A stretch of 64,000 bases of DNA, taken from assembly GCA_040772725.1 (NCBI GenBank), contig JAXGXR010000001.1, positions 856,377-920,376 on the forward strand, read 5' to 3'. The DNA is from Clostridia bacterium (GTDB taxonomy: Bacteria > Bacillota > Clostridia > Saccharofermentanales > UBA5734). The position numbers were made by a program, and so were the translations under genes. Numbering within the stretch: the stretch's first letter is position 1; every line of letters starts with the position of its first letter. Below, in pieces: positions 49,833-59,056 of this stretch. The notes beneath the pieces are model-generated. The model had not been told where the DNA came from. It did not search any database and saw only the letters and a list, made by a program, of their open reading frames with translations.

Positions 49833-50873
49833 ATGAAAGCACTCGTCAAGTACGCACCAGGACCCGGCAACATGGAAATCCGTGATATCCCCGAGCCGAC
49901 ACCCGGACCCGGCCAGATCAAGATCGAGGTCAAGGAAGCCGGCATATGCGGATCTGACCTTCATATTTACCACAGCGACATTGCCATCCCCGTCAACCCG
50001 CCGGTCGTCACCGGCCACGAATTCTCTGGCGTCGTCGCCGCTGTCGGCGAAGGCGTCACCCGTTTCAAGCCCGGTGACCGTGTCGTTTCCGAGACCGCCT
50101 ACCACTATTGCGGTGTCTGCGACTATTGCCGCGAAGGCTTCTACAACCTCTGCGTCGAGCGCAAGACACTCGGCTACTGGTTCAACGGCGTCTTCACCAG
50201 ATACACCGTCGTTCCGGAAGGACGTGTACACGCCATCCCGGACAATGTCAGCTTCACGGCCGCCGCCATGACGGAGCCTCTCGCTTGCGTCGCTCACGCG
50301 GTCTATGATCTGTGCCATATCGTTCCGAACGACCTGGTCCTGATTTCAGGTCCAGGCGCGATCGGCCTCATGGCCCTGCAGATCGCCAAGGCCTTCGGCG
50401 CCCGCACGATCGTCAGCGGCACCAATGTCGACACCGAGCGCCTTGAGCTGGCAAAAAAGCTTGGAGCGGACTACACGATCAATTCCCAGCAGGAAAGCCT
50501 GGCCGAGCGCATCAACGGCCTGACCAACAATTACGGTGCCAATGTCGTCCTCGAATGCTCGGGCAACCAGTATGCCGTGGACGCCGCGCTCAATGTCATC
50601 AAGAAGCGCGGTTATTACACCCAGATCGGCCTGCCGGGCAAGAAAATCGAATTTGACATCGAAAAAGTCTGCTATAAGGAACTTCATTTCTCCGGCTCGC
50701 TCGGTTCCAGGAACCACAGCTGGCGCATGGCGCTCGGCCTGATGTCGAGCGGCAAAGTGCAGCTCGAGCCGCTGGCGACGGTCAAGCTCCCGATCACCGA
50801 ATGGGAGAAGGGCTTCGAGATGTTCGAGAAGAAGCAGGGCTACAAGCTCTTCCTGATGCCGGTCGAAGATTAG
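49833..50873 (+). CDS. Zn-dependent polyol/sugar-acid dehydrogenase (MDR family) 1
   Basis: CGSDLH, GHE, CGVCDYC...C and GPGAIG. Confidence 0.92.
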   Translation: MKALVKYAPGPGNMEIRDIPEPTPGPGQIKIEVKEAGICGSDLHIYHSDIAIPVNPPVVTGHEFSGVVAAVGEGVTRFKPGDRVVSETAYHYCGVCDYCREGFYNLCVERKTLGYWFNGVFTRYTVVPEGRVHAIPDNVSFTAAAMTEPLACVAHAVYDLCHIVPNDLVLISGPGAIGLMALQIAKAFGARTIVSGTNVDTERLELAKKLGADYTINSQQESLAERINGLTNNYGANVVLECSGNQYAVDAALNVIKKRGYYTQIGLPGKKIEFDIEKVCYKELHFSGSLGSRNHSWRMALGLMSSGKVQLEPLATVKLPITEWEKGFEMFEKKQGYKLFLMPVED

Positions 50874-50913
50874 GCAAACGATCCATTCCAATTAGAATCA
50901 TTGGAGGTAATAC

Positions 50914-51747
50914 ATGGGCATTTCAGTCGAAAGAAAAAAAGAACTCTCTGACCTGGCCAACAAGTTCCGCATCGATGTGCTGGGCACCATCCATGACGCG
51001 CAGACCGGCCACCCGGGCGGATCCCTGTCCGTCGTCGAAATCCTGACGGCCCTTTTCTTCGAGAAGGCGAACGTCGACGCTCAAAACCCCAAATGGCCGG
51101 AACGGGACCGTGTTGTCCTGTGCAAAGGCCACGCTGCCCCGATGCTCTACCGCATCCTGGCTGAAAAGGGCTTCTTCCCGGTCGACGAGATGAAGACCCT
51201 GAGAAAACTCAACACCCGGCTCCAGGGCCATCCTTCCGCCAAGGACACGCCCGGTGTCGAGCTTTCCACCGGACCGCTCGGCCTCGGCCTCTCCGCCTGC
51301 CTCGGCATGGCCTGCGGCCTGAAGCTCGACAAGATCGACAGCACCGTGTTCGCCATCCTCGGTGACGGCGAATTGAACGAAGGCACCGTCTGGGAAGCCA
51401 CGATGGCGGCGCCGAAGTTCAAGGCCGACAACCTGATCGCGATCGTCGACTGGAACGGCGTCCAGCTCGATGGCACAAATGACGAGATCCTGCCTTTAGG
51501 CGACCTGCATGCCAAGTTCGAGCTTTTCGGCTGGGATGTCCAGACTGTCGACGGCCATGACCTCGAAGCCCTGTGCGACGCGATCGACAACGCCCGCGAG
51601 AAGAACGGCAAACCGAAGATGATCCTGGCCAAGACGGTCAAGGGCAAGGGTGTCTCCTTCATGGAAGGCAAGAACACCTGGCACGGCAAGCCCATCAATG
51701 ACGAAGAATTCGCCCTGGCGATGAAAGAACTGGGAGGTGCACAATAA
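50914..51747 (+). CDS. Split transketolase, N-terminal (ThDP-binding) subunit
   Basis: GHPGGSLS, KGHAAP, LQGHP, GDGELNEG...N and KGKGVSFME...WH. Confidence 0.93.
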   Translation: MGISVERKKELSDLANKFRIDVLGTIHDAQTGHPGGSLSVVEILTALFFEKANVDAQNPKWPERDRVVLCKGHAAPMLYRILAEKGFFPVDEMKTLRKLNTRLQGHPSAKDTPGVELSTGPLGLGLSACLGMACGLKLDKIDSTVFAILGDGELNEGTVWEATMAAPKFKADNLIAIVDWNGVQLDGTNDEILPLGDLHAKFELFGWDVQTVDGHDLEALCDAIDNAREKNGKPKMILAKTVKGKGVSFMEGKNTWHGKPINDEEFALAMKELGGAQ

Positions 51748-52682
51748 TGCCGCGTGCAATTAGAGATGTTTATGGTGACATGCTGGTCAAATACGGCAAA
51801 GACAACCTGGACGTCGTCGTCCTGGACGCTGACGTCGCCAGTTCGACGAAGACCGGTGCTTTCGGCAAGGCCTATCCGGATCGATTCTTCAATGTCGGCA
51901 TCGCCGAGGCCAACATGGTCGCGATGGCTGCCGGCCTTTCAACCACCGGAAAAATCCCCTTTGCCAACACCTTCGCGGTCTTCCTGACCTCGATCGGCCT
52001 GATCGGCGCCCGCGCGTTCGGTTCCTATTCCAAACTCAACATCAAGATGATGGGTGCTTACGGCGGCCTGTCGGACGCCTTTGACGGCCCGACCCACCAT
52101 TCGGTCGAGGATATCGCGATCATGCGGTCCCTGCCGAATTTCGAAGTCCTCGTCGCCACGGATGAAGTCCAGACCGAATGGCTCGTCCAGCATGCGATCG
52201 AGAAAAAGGGCCCGATGTACATCCGCCTCAGCCGCGATGCGTCCCCGACGGTCTACCAGCCGGGCACGACCTTCGAACCCGGCAAGGGCAAGCTCGTCCG
52301 CGAGGGCAAGGATGTCACCGTCTTCGCCTGCGGCATCATGGTCGGCCAGGCCATGGAAGCGGCTGAAAACCTCGCGAAAAAGGGCATTGACGTCGAAATC
52401 ATCGACCTGTTCAGCATCAAGCCGATCGATGCGGAGATGATCCTGAAATCCGCCGCCAAGACCAAAGCCGTTGTGACAGCCGAGGAGCACAACATCATCG
52501 GCGGCCTGGGCAGCGCGGTATCCGAAGTGCTTTCTGCCGGCAACGCGCGCGTGCCGGTCGAATTCGTCGGTCTCAAGGACACCCATGCCGAGTGCGGCAA
52601 ATATTCCGAGTTGCTCTGCAAGTACGGTCTCGACGTCGACAGCATTGAACTGGGCGTCGAAGCGGTCATGAAGAAGAAATGA
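51747..52682 (+). CDS. Split transketolase, C-terminal subunit
   Basis: GIAEANM, DGPTHHS.ED, PMYIRL and EEHNIIGGLGS. Confidence 0.93.
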   Translation: MPRAIRDVYGDMLVKYGKDNLDVVVLDADVASSTKTGAFGKAYPDRFFNVGIAEANMVAMAAGLSTTGKIPFANTFAVFLTSIGLIGARAFGSYSKLNIKMMGAYGGLSDAFDGPTHHSVEDIAIMRSLPNFEVLVATDEVQTEWLVQHAIEKKGPMYIRLSRDASPTVYQPGTTFEPGKGKLVREGKDVTVFACGIMVGQAMEAAENLAKKGIDVEIIDLFSIKPIDAEMILKSAAKTKAVVTAEEHNIIGGLGSAVSEVLSAGNARVPVEFVGLKDTHAECGKYSELLCKYGLDVDSIELGVEAVMKKK

Positions 52683-52768
52683 TTCAATGAAATGAGCCGA
52701 TCGGATCGGGGCTGGCTTTGCCGGCCCTGATTCATCTGGCGAGTCTTTTGGGAAAGGAAGCCGATATT

Positions 52769-53803
52769 ATGCTGAGAGCCAATCTTGTCGCCCCCTTCAC
52801 GATCAATCTCGAGGAAGTCCCCATTCCGGAAATCAAGGACAATGAAGTCCTGCTCAAAGTCCATTATGTTGGCATCTGCGGCTCCGACCTCCAGATGTAC
52901 CATGGCAAGCACAAATACATGACATTCCCGGTTGTCTTCGGTCACGAGCTTTCCGCCTCGATTGTCAAGGTCGGACAAGCGGTCAATGACTGGCAGGAAG
53001 GCGAAATGGTCACCGTTGAGCCCCAGATCGCCTGTGGAGAGTGCTTCCCCTGCCAGATCGGGCGTTTCAACGTCTGTGAAAACCTCAAGGTCCAGGGTGT
53101 GCACGCGGATGGCTACATGGCCCAGTATGTCGCGGCGGAACCCAAATTCCTGCATCGCTGCCCTCCGGGCCTGGATCCCCAGCAGGTCGCGCTCGTCGAG
53201 CCGCTCGCGGTCGGCGTCGGCTCTGTCAAACGGGCTGGCAACTACAAGGACGCAAACATCCTGGTCGTTGGTGCCGGCACGATCGGCAACATGGTCGCCC
53301 AGGCAGCCAAGGCACTCGGTGCAGCCAAGGTCCTGGTCTCGGACATCAACCCGATGAAACTGGCCCTGGCGCTTGAATGCGGTGCCGACGCAGTTGTCAA
53401 CGTCGCCGAGAAGAGCCTCAAGGACGCCATCGCCGAAACCTTTGGCACCCGCAAGGCCGACATCATCATTGACGCCGCCGCCACCCGGGCCGGTTTCCAG
53501 AGCATCCTCGAAGTCGCCCGCCCCAGTTCCACGATCGTCATCACCGGCAATTACAAGGATCCGCTCGAGGTCGAGATGCCGCGCATCCAGCGCCAGGAGA
53601 TCTCCCTGCTTGGCCACATGATGTATGTCCGCGAGGACTTCGCTGACGCGATCTCCTTCATACAGGAAGGCAAGATCCGCACCGATGGCTTCATCACCGC
53701 CGTCTATCCGTTCAGGAAGACGCTCGACGCGTTCCACTGGATCGATGAACACCCCAACGACTTCATGAAGCTTCTCGTCGACGTCCAGAACCTCGAAAGC
53801 TGA
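52769..53803 (+). CDS. Zn-dependent dehydrogenase (MDR family) 2
   Basis: CGSDLQ, GHE, CGECFPC...C and GAGTIG. Confidence 0.9.
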   Translation: MLRANLVAPFTINLEEVPIPEIKDNEVLLKVHYVGICGSDLQMYHGKHKYMTFPVVFGHELSASIVKVGQAVNDWQEGEMVTVEPQIACGECFPCQIGRFNVCENLKVQGVHADGYMAQYVAAEPKFLHRCPPGLDPQQVALVEPLAVGVGSVKRAGNYKDANILVVGAGTIGNMVAQAAKALGAAKVLVSDINPMKLALALECGADAVVNVAEKSLKDAIAETFGTRKADIIIDAAATRAGFQSILEVARPSSTIVITGNYKDPLEVEMPRIQRQEISLLGHMMYVREDFADAISFIQEGKIRTDGFITAVYPFRKTLDAFHWIDEHPNDFMKLLVDVQNLES

Positions 53804-53825
53804 CACCCTCAGGGTTCCGGAAAAC

Positions 53826-53865
53826 GCGGCAGATGATCCATCCAGAGTCATCTGCCGCTGCTTTT
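53826..53865 (+). terminator. Terminator-like hairpin before pdxA2
   Basis: GCGGCAGATGA...TCATCTGCCGC followed by TGCTTTT. Confidence 0.6.
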
Positions 53866-53912
53866 AATCACGAAGGGCAAATCATCCTGCCTGATACCGG
53901 AGGTGTTTTTCC

Positions 53913-54887
53913 ATGATTGCAGTCACAATGGGCGACGGCAACGGCGTCGGCCCCGAAATCATCCTCAATGCCTACCGCCAGGGGCTACTGACCGGCGAAT
54001 ATGTCATCGTCGGTGACGCCTCTGTCCTCAGTCTTTGCAACAGCCAGCTCCAGTACGGAGTCAGTGTCCACCCGATCCAGGCAATCTCGGAATACAAGCC
54101 TGGCCGTCTGAACGTCCTGGACCTGGGTCTCCTGAATAGTGCCGATGTGGTGCCAGGCACCATTTCGGAAAAAGTCGCGGCTGCTTCCCGCGCCTACATC
54201 GTCCGCGCCACCCAGCTCTGCCTGGCCCGGACATTCGACGCGATGGTGACGCTGCCGGTCAACAAGGAAGCAATCCGCCTGAGCGACCCGAACTTCACCG
54301 GGCACACCGAGCTGATCGCGGAGATATGCGGCCAGTCAGACTATACCATGATGCTCGCGTCCGACAAACTGACAGTCACCCATGTCAACACGCACTGCTC
54401 GATGCAGGACTCGATCGACCGGACCACAAGGGCCAATGTCCTCAAGATCATCCGTCTGACCCATGAGGCCCTGAGCCGCATGAAAGCCGAACCGCGCATC
54501 GCCGTCGCCGGACTCAATCCGCACGCGGGCGAGGGTGGTGCGTTTGGCAGGCAGGAGATTGACGAGATCGCGCCGGCCATCGAGGACGCGCGTCAGGAGG
54601 GCATCAACGCGTCCGGCCCTCACCCGGCCGACACCGTCTTCCTCAAGGCCGTCCAGGGCCAGTTTGACGCGGTTGTCTGCATGTATCACGACCAGGGGCA
54701 TGTCCCGATGAAACTTCTGGATTTCCATGGCGGCGTCAACATCACCCTCGGGCTTTCCGTCATCCGTACTTCTGTCGACCATGGAACGGCTTTCGACATC
54801 GCCTACAAGGGCATCGCGGCGACCGGCAGTTTCCTGGAAGCCTACAAGATGGCCGTGAAAATGACCGCGCAGCAAGCTGAAGCATAA
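53913..54887 (+). CDS. pdxA: PdxA family dehydrogenase, probably PdxA2 (tetronate-4-phosphate dehydrogenase)
   Basis: TMGDGNGVGPE, GHTE, LNPHAGE, MYHDQG and RTSVDHGTAFDIA; adjacent to a DUF1537 kinase. Confidence 0.9.
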   Translation: MIAVTMGDGNGVGPEIILNAYRQGLLTGEYVIVGDASVLSLCNSQLQYGVSVHPIQAISEYKPGRLNVLDLGLLNSADVVPGTISEKVAAASRAYIVRATQLCLARTFDAMVTLPVNKEAIRLSDPNFTGHTELIAEICGQSDYTMMLASDKLTVTHVNTHCSMQDSIDRTTRANVLKIIRLTHEALSRMKAEPRIAVAGLNPHAGEGGAFGRQEIDEIAPAIEDARQEGINASGPHPADTVFLKAVQGQFDAVVCMYHDQGHVPMKLLDFHGGVNITLGLSVIRTSVDHGTAFDIAYKGIAATGSFLEAYKMAVKMTAQQAEA

Positions 54888-54937
54888 TCGAGCTGCTGTC
54901 TAGTACAACAAAAGGGCCGAATCAATGATCCCACATG

Positions 54938-54963
54938 AAAGGACGCCGGGCGGCGTCCTTTTT
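54938..54963. terminator. Bidirectional terminator
   Basis: AAAGGACGCCG-gg-CGGCGTCCTTTTT. Confidence 0.8.
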
Positions 54964-54999
54964 CGTTGCTTTGCACGCGAATTGGCTTCAGTCCACTGA

Positions 55000-56283
55000 T
55001 CAGATCGAATTCAGGAATGTCTCGATTTTCTCCACGACATCGTCTCCGCCAAAGCCGCCGGCTTTCGTAATCACATACAGATTGAGCCTTTCATCCGCAA
55101 AACGGGCCAGCGCGACGCCCGGCGTGATCTCAACGACCGGACGCATCAGGTGGCAGCCGAGCTTGTCAGCGATGCCCAGAAGCGTGTCCCCGCCAAAAAC
55201 AATCAATGTCCCAATACGCGGCGAATCCATCCTGTCGATCATCCTTTTGACGATCGTGCCAATGTTGCCGGCGATCAAAGCGGCCAGTTCCTCACCGGAG
55301 ATGCCCAGTTCCCCGGCCCGCGCGGCAGCGTCGTCCGCGGCAGACTGGCCCCGTTTTGACCAGATGGCTGCCCGGCCCGATTCTTGAAGCTGCTTCCCCA
55401 GACGGGATTCCCAGGCTTCGTCTACGTGACCGGCGAGGATCTTCTGTTCCACGGTGAGCAGGCTGTCGGCGTAGTCACAATGCTCAAACGCGTATTGGAC
55501 CTGCTTGACGGACATTGGATTGACGCTGCCGGAGACCAGAAGCGTGCTTCCATCCGGCTTCACGACTTCAGGAGCGGCCGCTTCAAGGCCCAATAGTTCC
55601 GGCAGATACTCGGCAAAACCGGCACAGCCGGCCAATAGATTGAGTTTGCCGGCCGATTCCAGTATCCGGCCGATCGCCTGCAGGTCTGCATCGCTTTCGG
55701 TATCGATGACACGGATCACTTTTTCGCCAGCCGGCTTTCCGGCCAATATGTCAAACTGCCCCATCCATACATTTTCGACAGGCAGTTCTGTCTGCGCATG
55801 AATGATCTCCTTGACGCCGCTTTCGCGGATCGGGTTGAATGGATCGTTGGCAAAGGCGGTTTCATGCAGCAAAGTGTCCCCGACATACTGCAGGCCCTGC
55901 CGGGTGAAACGGCCCGACTTGGGGAAAGCGGGCACAAAGACCATTTCCCGCCAACGAGGATCGTCATCTTCGCCAAGGGCGTCGAGCACGGCCATCATCT
56001 CACTGCCGATGTTGCCGCGCAGTGTGGAGTCGGTTTTCTTGTAGATGTGCGTAAACCCCGCTGCCAGGGCGCCGTCTACGACCGAACGGACCTTCCGGTA
56101 CGCCTCCTCGGGGGTCACATGCCGGCTTTCCGTGTTGACGACCAGGACCTGGCAGGCGGCCTTCAGGTCAACCGGCTGGTCGCGCAGGACCGTCACCAAC
56201 GTGTCGATCCCTCGTTTGGCAAACTGCACACCGGTGTCCAGGCTGCCGGTGAAATCATCGGCGATCATCAGAAGTCTGGTCAT
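55000..56283 (-). CDS. Four-carbon acid sugar kinase family protein (DUF1537)
   Basis: IADDFTG, YKKTDSTLRGN, PAFP..GR, GGDT and TKAGGFG. Confidence 0.92.
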   Translation of the reverse strand: MTRLLMIADDFTGSLDTGVQFAKRGIDTLVTVLRDQPVDLKAACQVLVVNTESRHVTPEEAYRKVRSVVDGALAAGFTHIYKKTDSTLRGNIGSEMMAVLDALGEDDDPRWREMVFVPAFPKSGRFTRQGLQYVGDTLLHETAFANDPFNPIRESGVKEIIHAQTELPVENVWMGQFDILAGKPAGEKVIRVIDTESDADLQAIGRILESAGKLNLLAGCAGFAEYLPELLGLEAAAPEVVKPDGSTLLVSGSVNPMSVKQVQYAFEHCDYADSLLTVEQKILAGHVDEAWESRLGKQLQESGRAAIWSKRGQSAADDAAARAGELGISGEELAALIAGNIGTIVKRMIDRMDSPRIGTLIVFGGDTLLGIADKLGCHLMRPVVEITPGVALARFADERLNLYVITKAGGFGGDDVVEKIETFLNSI

Positions 56284-56314
56284 AGGCTGGTCCTCCATTT
56301 CCGAAAATCCGGTT

Positions 56315-57352
56315 CTATTGGCCGTAAAGCTGCTTATGCAGGGCGTTGACATTCTTTTCCACATCAAACCATTCCATCTGGGTCCCGCGAACGACAATCA
56401 TCTTGTGTGTGTCCGGAATCGGCAGCATCAATTGCTTGATGGGATAATTTTTGTATTTCAGTCCATCCACGGCCAGTTTGACCAGGGCCGATCCGGACAG
56501 GTTGGTCTTGACGAGCGGCAGGAGCTGGCGGGCTGTCGCATCGAGTTCGGACACGCTCAAGGTCGTCATTTTCTTGATCAAAGCCTCGATGACCTCCCGT
56601 TGACGGCCGGTCCGTTTGAAGTCGGAATCGATCTTGCGGATGCGGGCGAAGGCCAGGGCGATCGTCCCGTTGAGGCGATTCGTACCCACTTTAAGACCTG
56701 CGTCGGGGTAGGATTTTGTCAAATGCGTCACTTCAGCCTGTGTCAGTGAAATATTGACACCGCCCACCAGATCGATCGCCTTGGTGAAACCACCAAAGTT
56801 GATTGAAACATAGTCATCGATGCGGACGCGCAGATTGTCCTCAATCGTCTGCCGCAGCAGTTTCGCGCCGCCGTACGAATAAGAGGCGTTCAGCATCCCA
56901 TAGCCGCGCCCCGGGATCTGGACATATAATCCACGCATCAGGGAAACAAGACTGATCTGTTTCGTCTTCTTGTTGACCGACAGGATGATCATGGCATCCG
57001 AACGGCCATTGACTTCATTGCCACGGTTGTCCGTGCCGATCAGCAGGATATTGTAGACGTTCTTGTCTTGAGGGATTGCGATCTTCTGCCTGACTTCCTC
57101 GATCTGGCTCTCGACCTGCTTCATCTCTTCCGTGCTGTCCGGCGCGTCAACCGTTTCTTCTGGCTCGATCAAATCGCTTTCCTGGATCGATGTATTGCCC
57201 GTGAATTCAGGTTCCTCCACCAGGTTGACCAGGGAATTGACGTACAGGCTGATCGCGACCGCGACAATCAGGATCACGCCGGCCGTGACACCTCCGAAAA
57301 GAAGCCATTTTGAACGGGGCTGCTTATTGTTCTGCGGTAAATGCTTTTTCAT
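56315..57352 (-). CDS. LCP (LytR-CpsA-Psr) family protein
   Basis: N-terminal TM, NILLIGTD, RSDAM, SLMRGLYV, ARIRK and SDFKRTGRQR. Confidence 0.92.
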   Translation of the reverse strand: MKKHLPQNNKQPRSKWLLFGGVTAGVILIVAVAISLYVNSLVNLVEEPEFTGNTSIQESDLIEPEETVDAPDSTEEMKQVESQIEEVRQKIAIPQDKNVYNILLIGTDNRGNEVNGRSDAMIILSVNKKTKQISLVSLMRGLYVQIPGRGYGMLNASYSYGGAKLLRQTIEDNLRVRIDDYVSINFGGFTKAIDLVGGVNISLTQAEVTHLTKSYPDAGLKVGTNRLNGTIALAFARIRKIDSDFKRTGRQREVIEALIKKMTTLSVSELDATARQLLPLVKTNLSGSALVKLAVDGLKYKNYPIKQLMLPIPDTHKMIVVRGTQMEWFDVEKNVNALHKQLYGQ

Positions 57353-57426
57353 GTCTGCTCCATGTATTGGACATGCCACTCTTCGTCATGTCATTATCGA
57401 TTTCGTGCCCACTTATTCTATCATCA

Positions 57427-57453
57427 TTTCATCAAACTGGCTATTTGATGAAA
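57427..57453. promoter_or_regulatory. 10-7-10 inverted repeat between the divergent LCP and Wzz-like genes
   Basis: TTTCATCAAA-ctggcta-TTTGATGAAA. Confidence 0.5.
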
Positions 57454-57606
57454 AACAGGCCATTGACGATTGAGCCGAGTGCCGGAAATGGCGTACAATG
57501 GGCAGACAGACTGGATGAAAAATCATTTATCCAGTATGATCATTCATGAAGATATCAACAATTCACAGATCGATAATCGATTGGTGACAGGATCGGGGGG
57601 GTTATT

Positions 57607-59013
57607 TTGGATTCAGACCAGGAATACACGCTGAAGGAGCTGATCTATCCCGTACTGAAGGGATGGCGTCTGCTTTTGATCCTGATGATCGTGTTTGGAC
57701 TTGTGTCGGGTGCATTCGCGTTTGTCAGCAACAAGCGCGTGACATTTACAGAAGAACAAATCAGCCAGCAGCAGAAAACCCTTTCCGAAAAAAACACCGA
57801 GGTGAAGGATCTGCTGGCTAAAATAGAGAACGATCGCAAGGCCTTGGCAGCAAAAGAGACCTATCTCAAGCAGAGCATTCTGTTGAACATCGATCCGGCG
57901 GCCCAGGCCGAAGCGACGGCCGATGTATCCATCGAACTGGTCACCGGCAGCCCGATGAGCGAGCAGCAGACGCAGCTCCTGGTCACGGCCCTGACAGAAA
58001 AATATCTGCAGACCAGAAACCAGGAAGACCTGAACAAGTATGTCAACAGCAAGATTTCCGCCAATTACGCTGCCAATTATCTGAACGAAATCATCAGCAT
58101 CGCTTCGGGCAATCCCGGACAGCTGACCATCAAGGCGGTCTTCACGGATACCGGCACCGCTTCGAATATCGCAGCCGCAGTCGTTGATTATTGGCGAGCC
58201 TATGGCAATGCCAACCTGCAGATTTCAATGCCGCATGAGCTGATTGTGCCTGAGATCAAGACAGCCGTGTCAGCCAATCCGAAAATCACCCAGGCGCGAG
58301 ATGCCCAGCAAGCCGCAATCAGCGACCTTCAGGCCAGCATGGACAAGAACCAGACGACAATCGATGGCATCGTGCTGGCGGAACTGAGCAAAGGGGCCTA
58401 TAAGAGCATCCCGATGTATCTGATCATCGGCGTGATACTGGCCCTGATGCTGGGCGTGTTCATCCTGTTCCTGAAGGCCTACGCGGACCCCTATGTCCGT
58501 GACGAGCAGTCCGTCCAGAAGCGGCTGGGTCTGTTCGTCCTGGGCACTGTCAGGAGCACCCGGGAAAAGTCTGACCGGCGTACGACGATTGGCAAGGGTG
58601 TCGACCGGCTTGTCGATCAATATTTCGGTGACGAAGTTGTGCCATTCACCCGCAAGGAAAGCCTGCGTTACATCTATGCCAGCATCCTGAACGTCTCGGC
58701 TTATGCCGGGGCTCAAGAACCGGCAAATTCCGGGAAAATCCTGTGTCTGAGCTTTTCATCGCCAGATGCCGCGAGCCAGGTCATGGCTGAAATCATGGAT
58801 CAGGCACGTCAGGACGGGCTTCATCACCAACTCGACCTGACAGTTGGTGGCGACCTGCTGGCTTCGCCTGAAGCCATGCTGATGCTCCATGACAGCAAAG
58901 CCGTCGTCCTGGTGGAAAAGATCCGGCAGGCAAAAGTTTCCCGGATAACCAAAGGGCTGACCGTCCTGAAGCAGATGGGGAAAAAAGTCGCCGGCATCGT
59001 GCTGGTCGAATAG
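57607..59013 (+). CDS. Wzz/CpsC-like polysaccharide co-polymerase with degenerate kinase-like C-terminus
   Basis: EYTLKELI..VLKGW + TM1, coiled coil, TM2, VRDEQSVQKRLGLFVLGTV and terminal VAGIVLVE. Confidence 0.7.
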   Translation: MDSDQEYTLKELIYPVLKGWRLLLILMIVFGLVSGAFAFVSNKRVTFTEEQISQQQKTLSEKNTEVKDLLAKIENDRKALAAKETYLKQSILLNIDPAAQAEATADVSIELVTGSPMSEQQTQLLVTALTEKYLQTRNQEDLNKYVNSKISANYAANYLNEIISIASGNPGQLTIKAVFTDTGTASNIAAAVVDYWRAYGNANLQISMPHELIVPEIKTAVSANPKITQARDAQQAAISDLQASMDKNQTTIDGIVLAELSKGAYKSIPMYLIIGVILALMLGVFILFLKAYADPYVRDEQSVQKRLGLFVLGTVRSTREKSDRRTTIGKGVDRLVDQYFGDEVVPFTRKESLRYIYASILNVSAYAGAQEPANSGKILCLSFSSPDAASQVMAEIMDQARQDGLHHQLDLTVGGDLLASPEAMLMLHDSKAVVLVEKIRQAKVSRITKGLTVLKQMGKKVAGIVLVE

Positions 59014-59056
59014 TATTCCCAACTAAACGGACAAACACGCTATTTTCAAAACGCCT

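Noticed and set aside
53913-54887. Vitamin B6 biosynthetic PdxA
   Set aside because: No pdxJ, and adjacency to a DUF1537 kinase indicates the catabolic PdxA2 type.
38571-56283. Known apiose/apionate, myo-inositol or sulfoquinovose pathways
   Set aside because: No apionate oxidoisomerase, RuBisCO-like protein, FGGY kinase, iolB/D/E, sulfoquinovosidase or sulfonate exporter is recognisable in the window.
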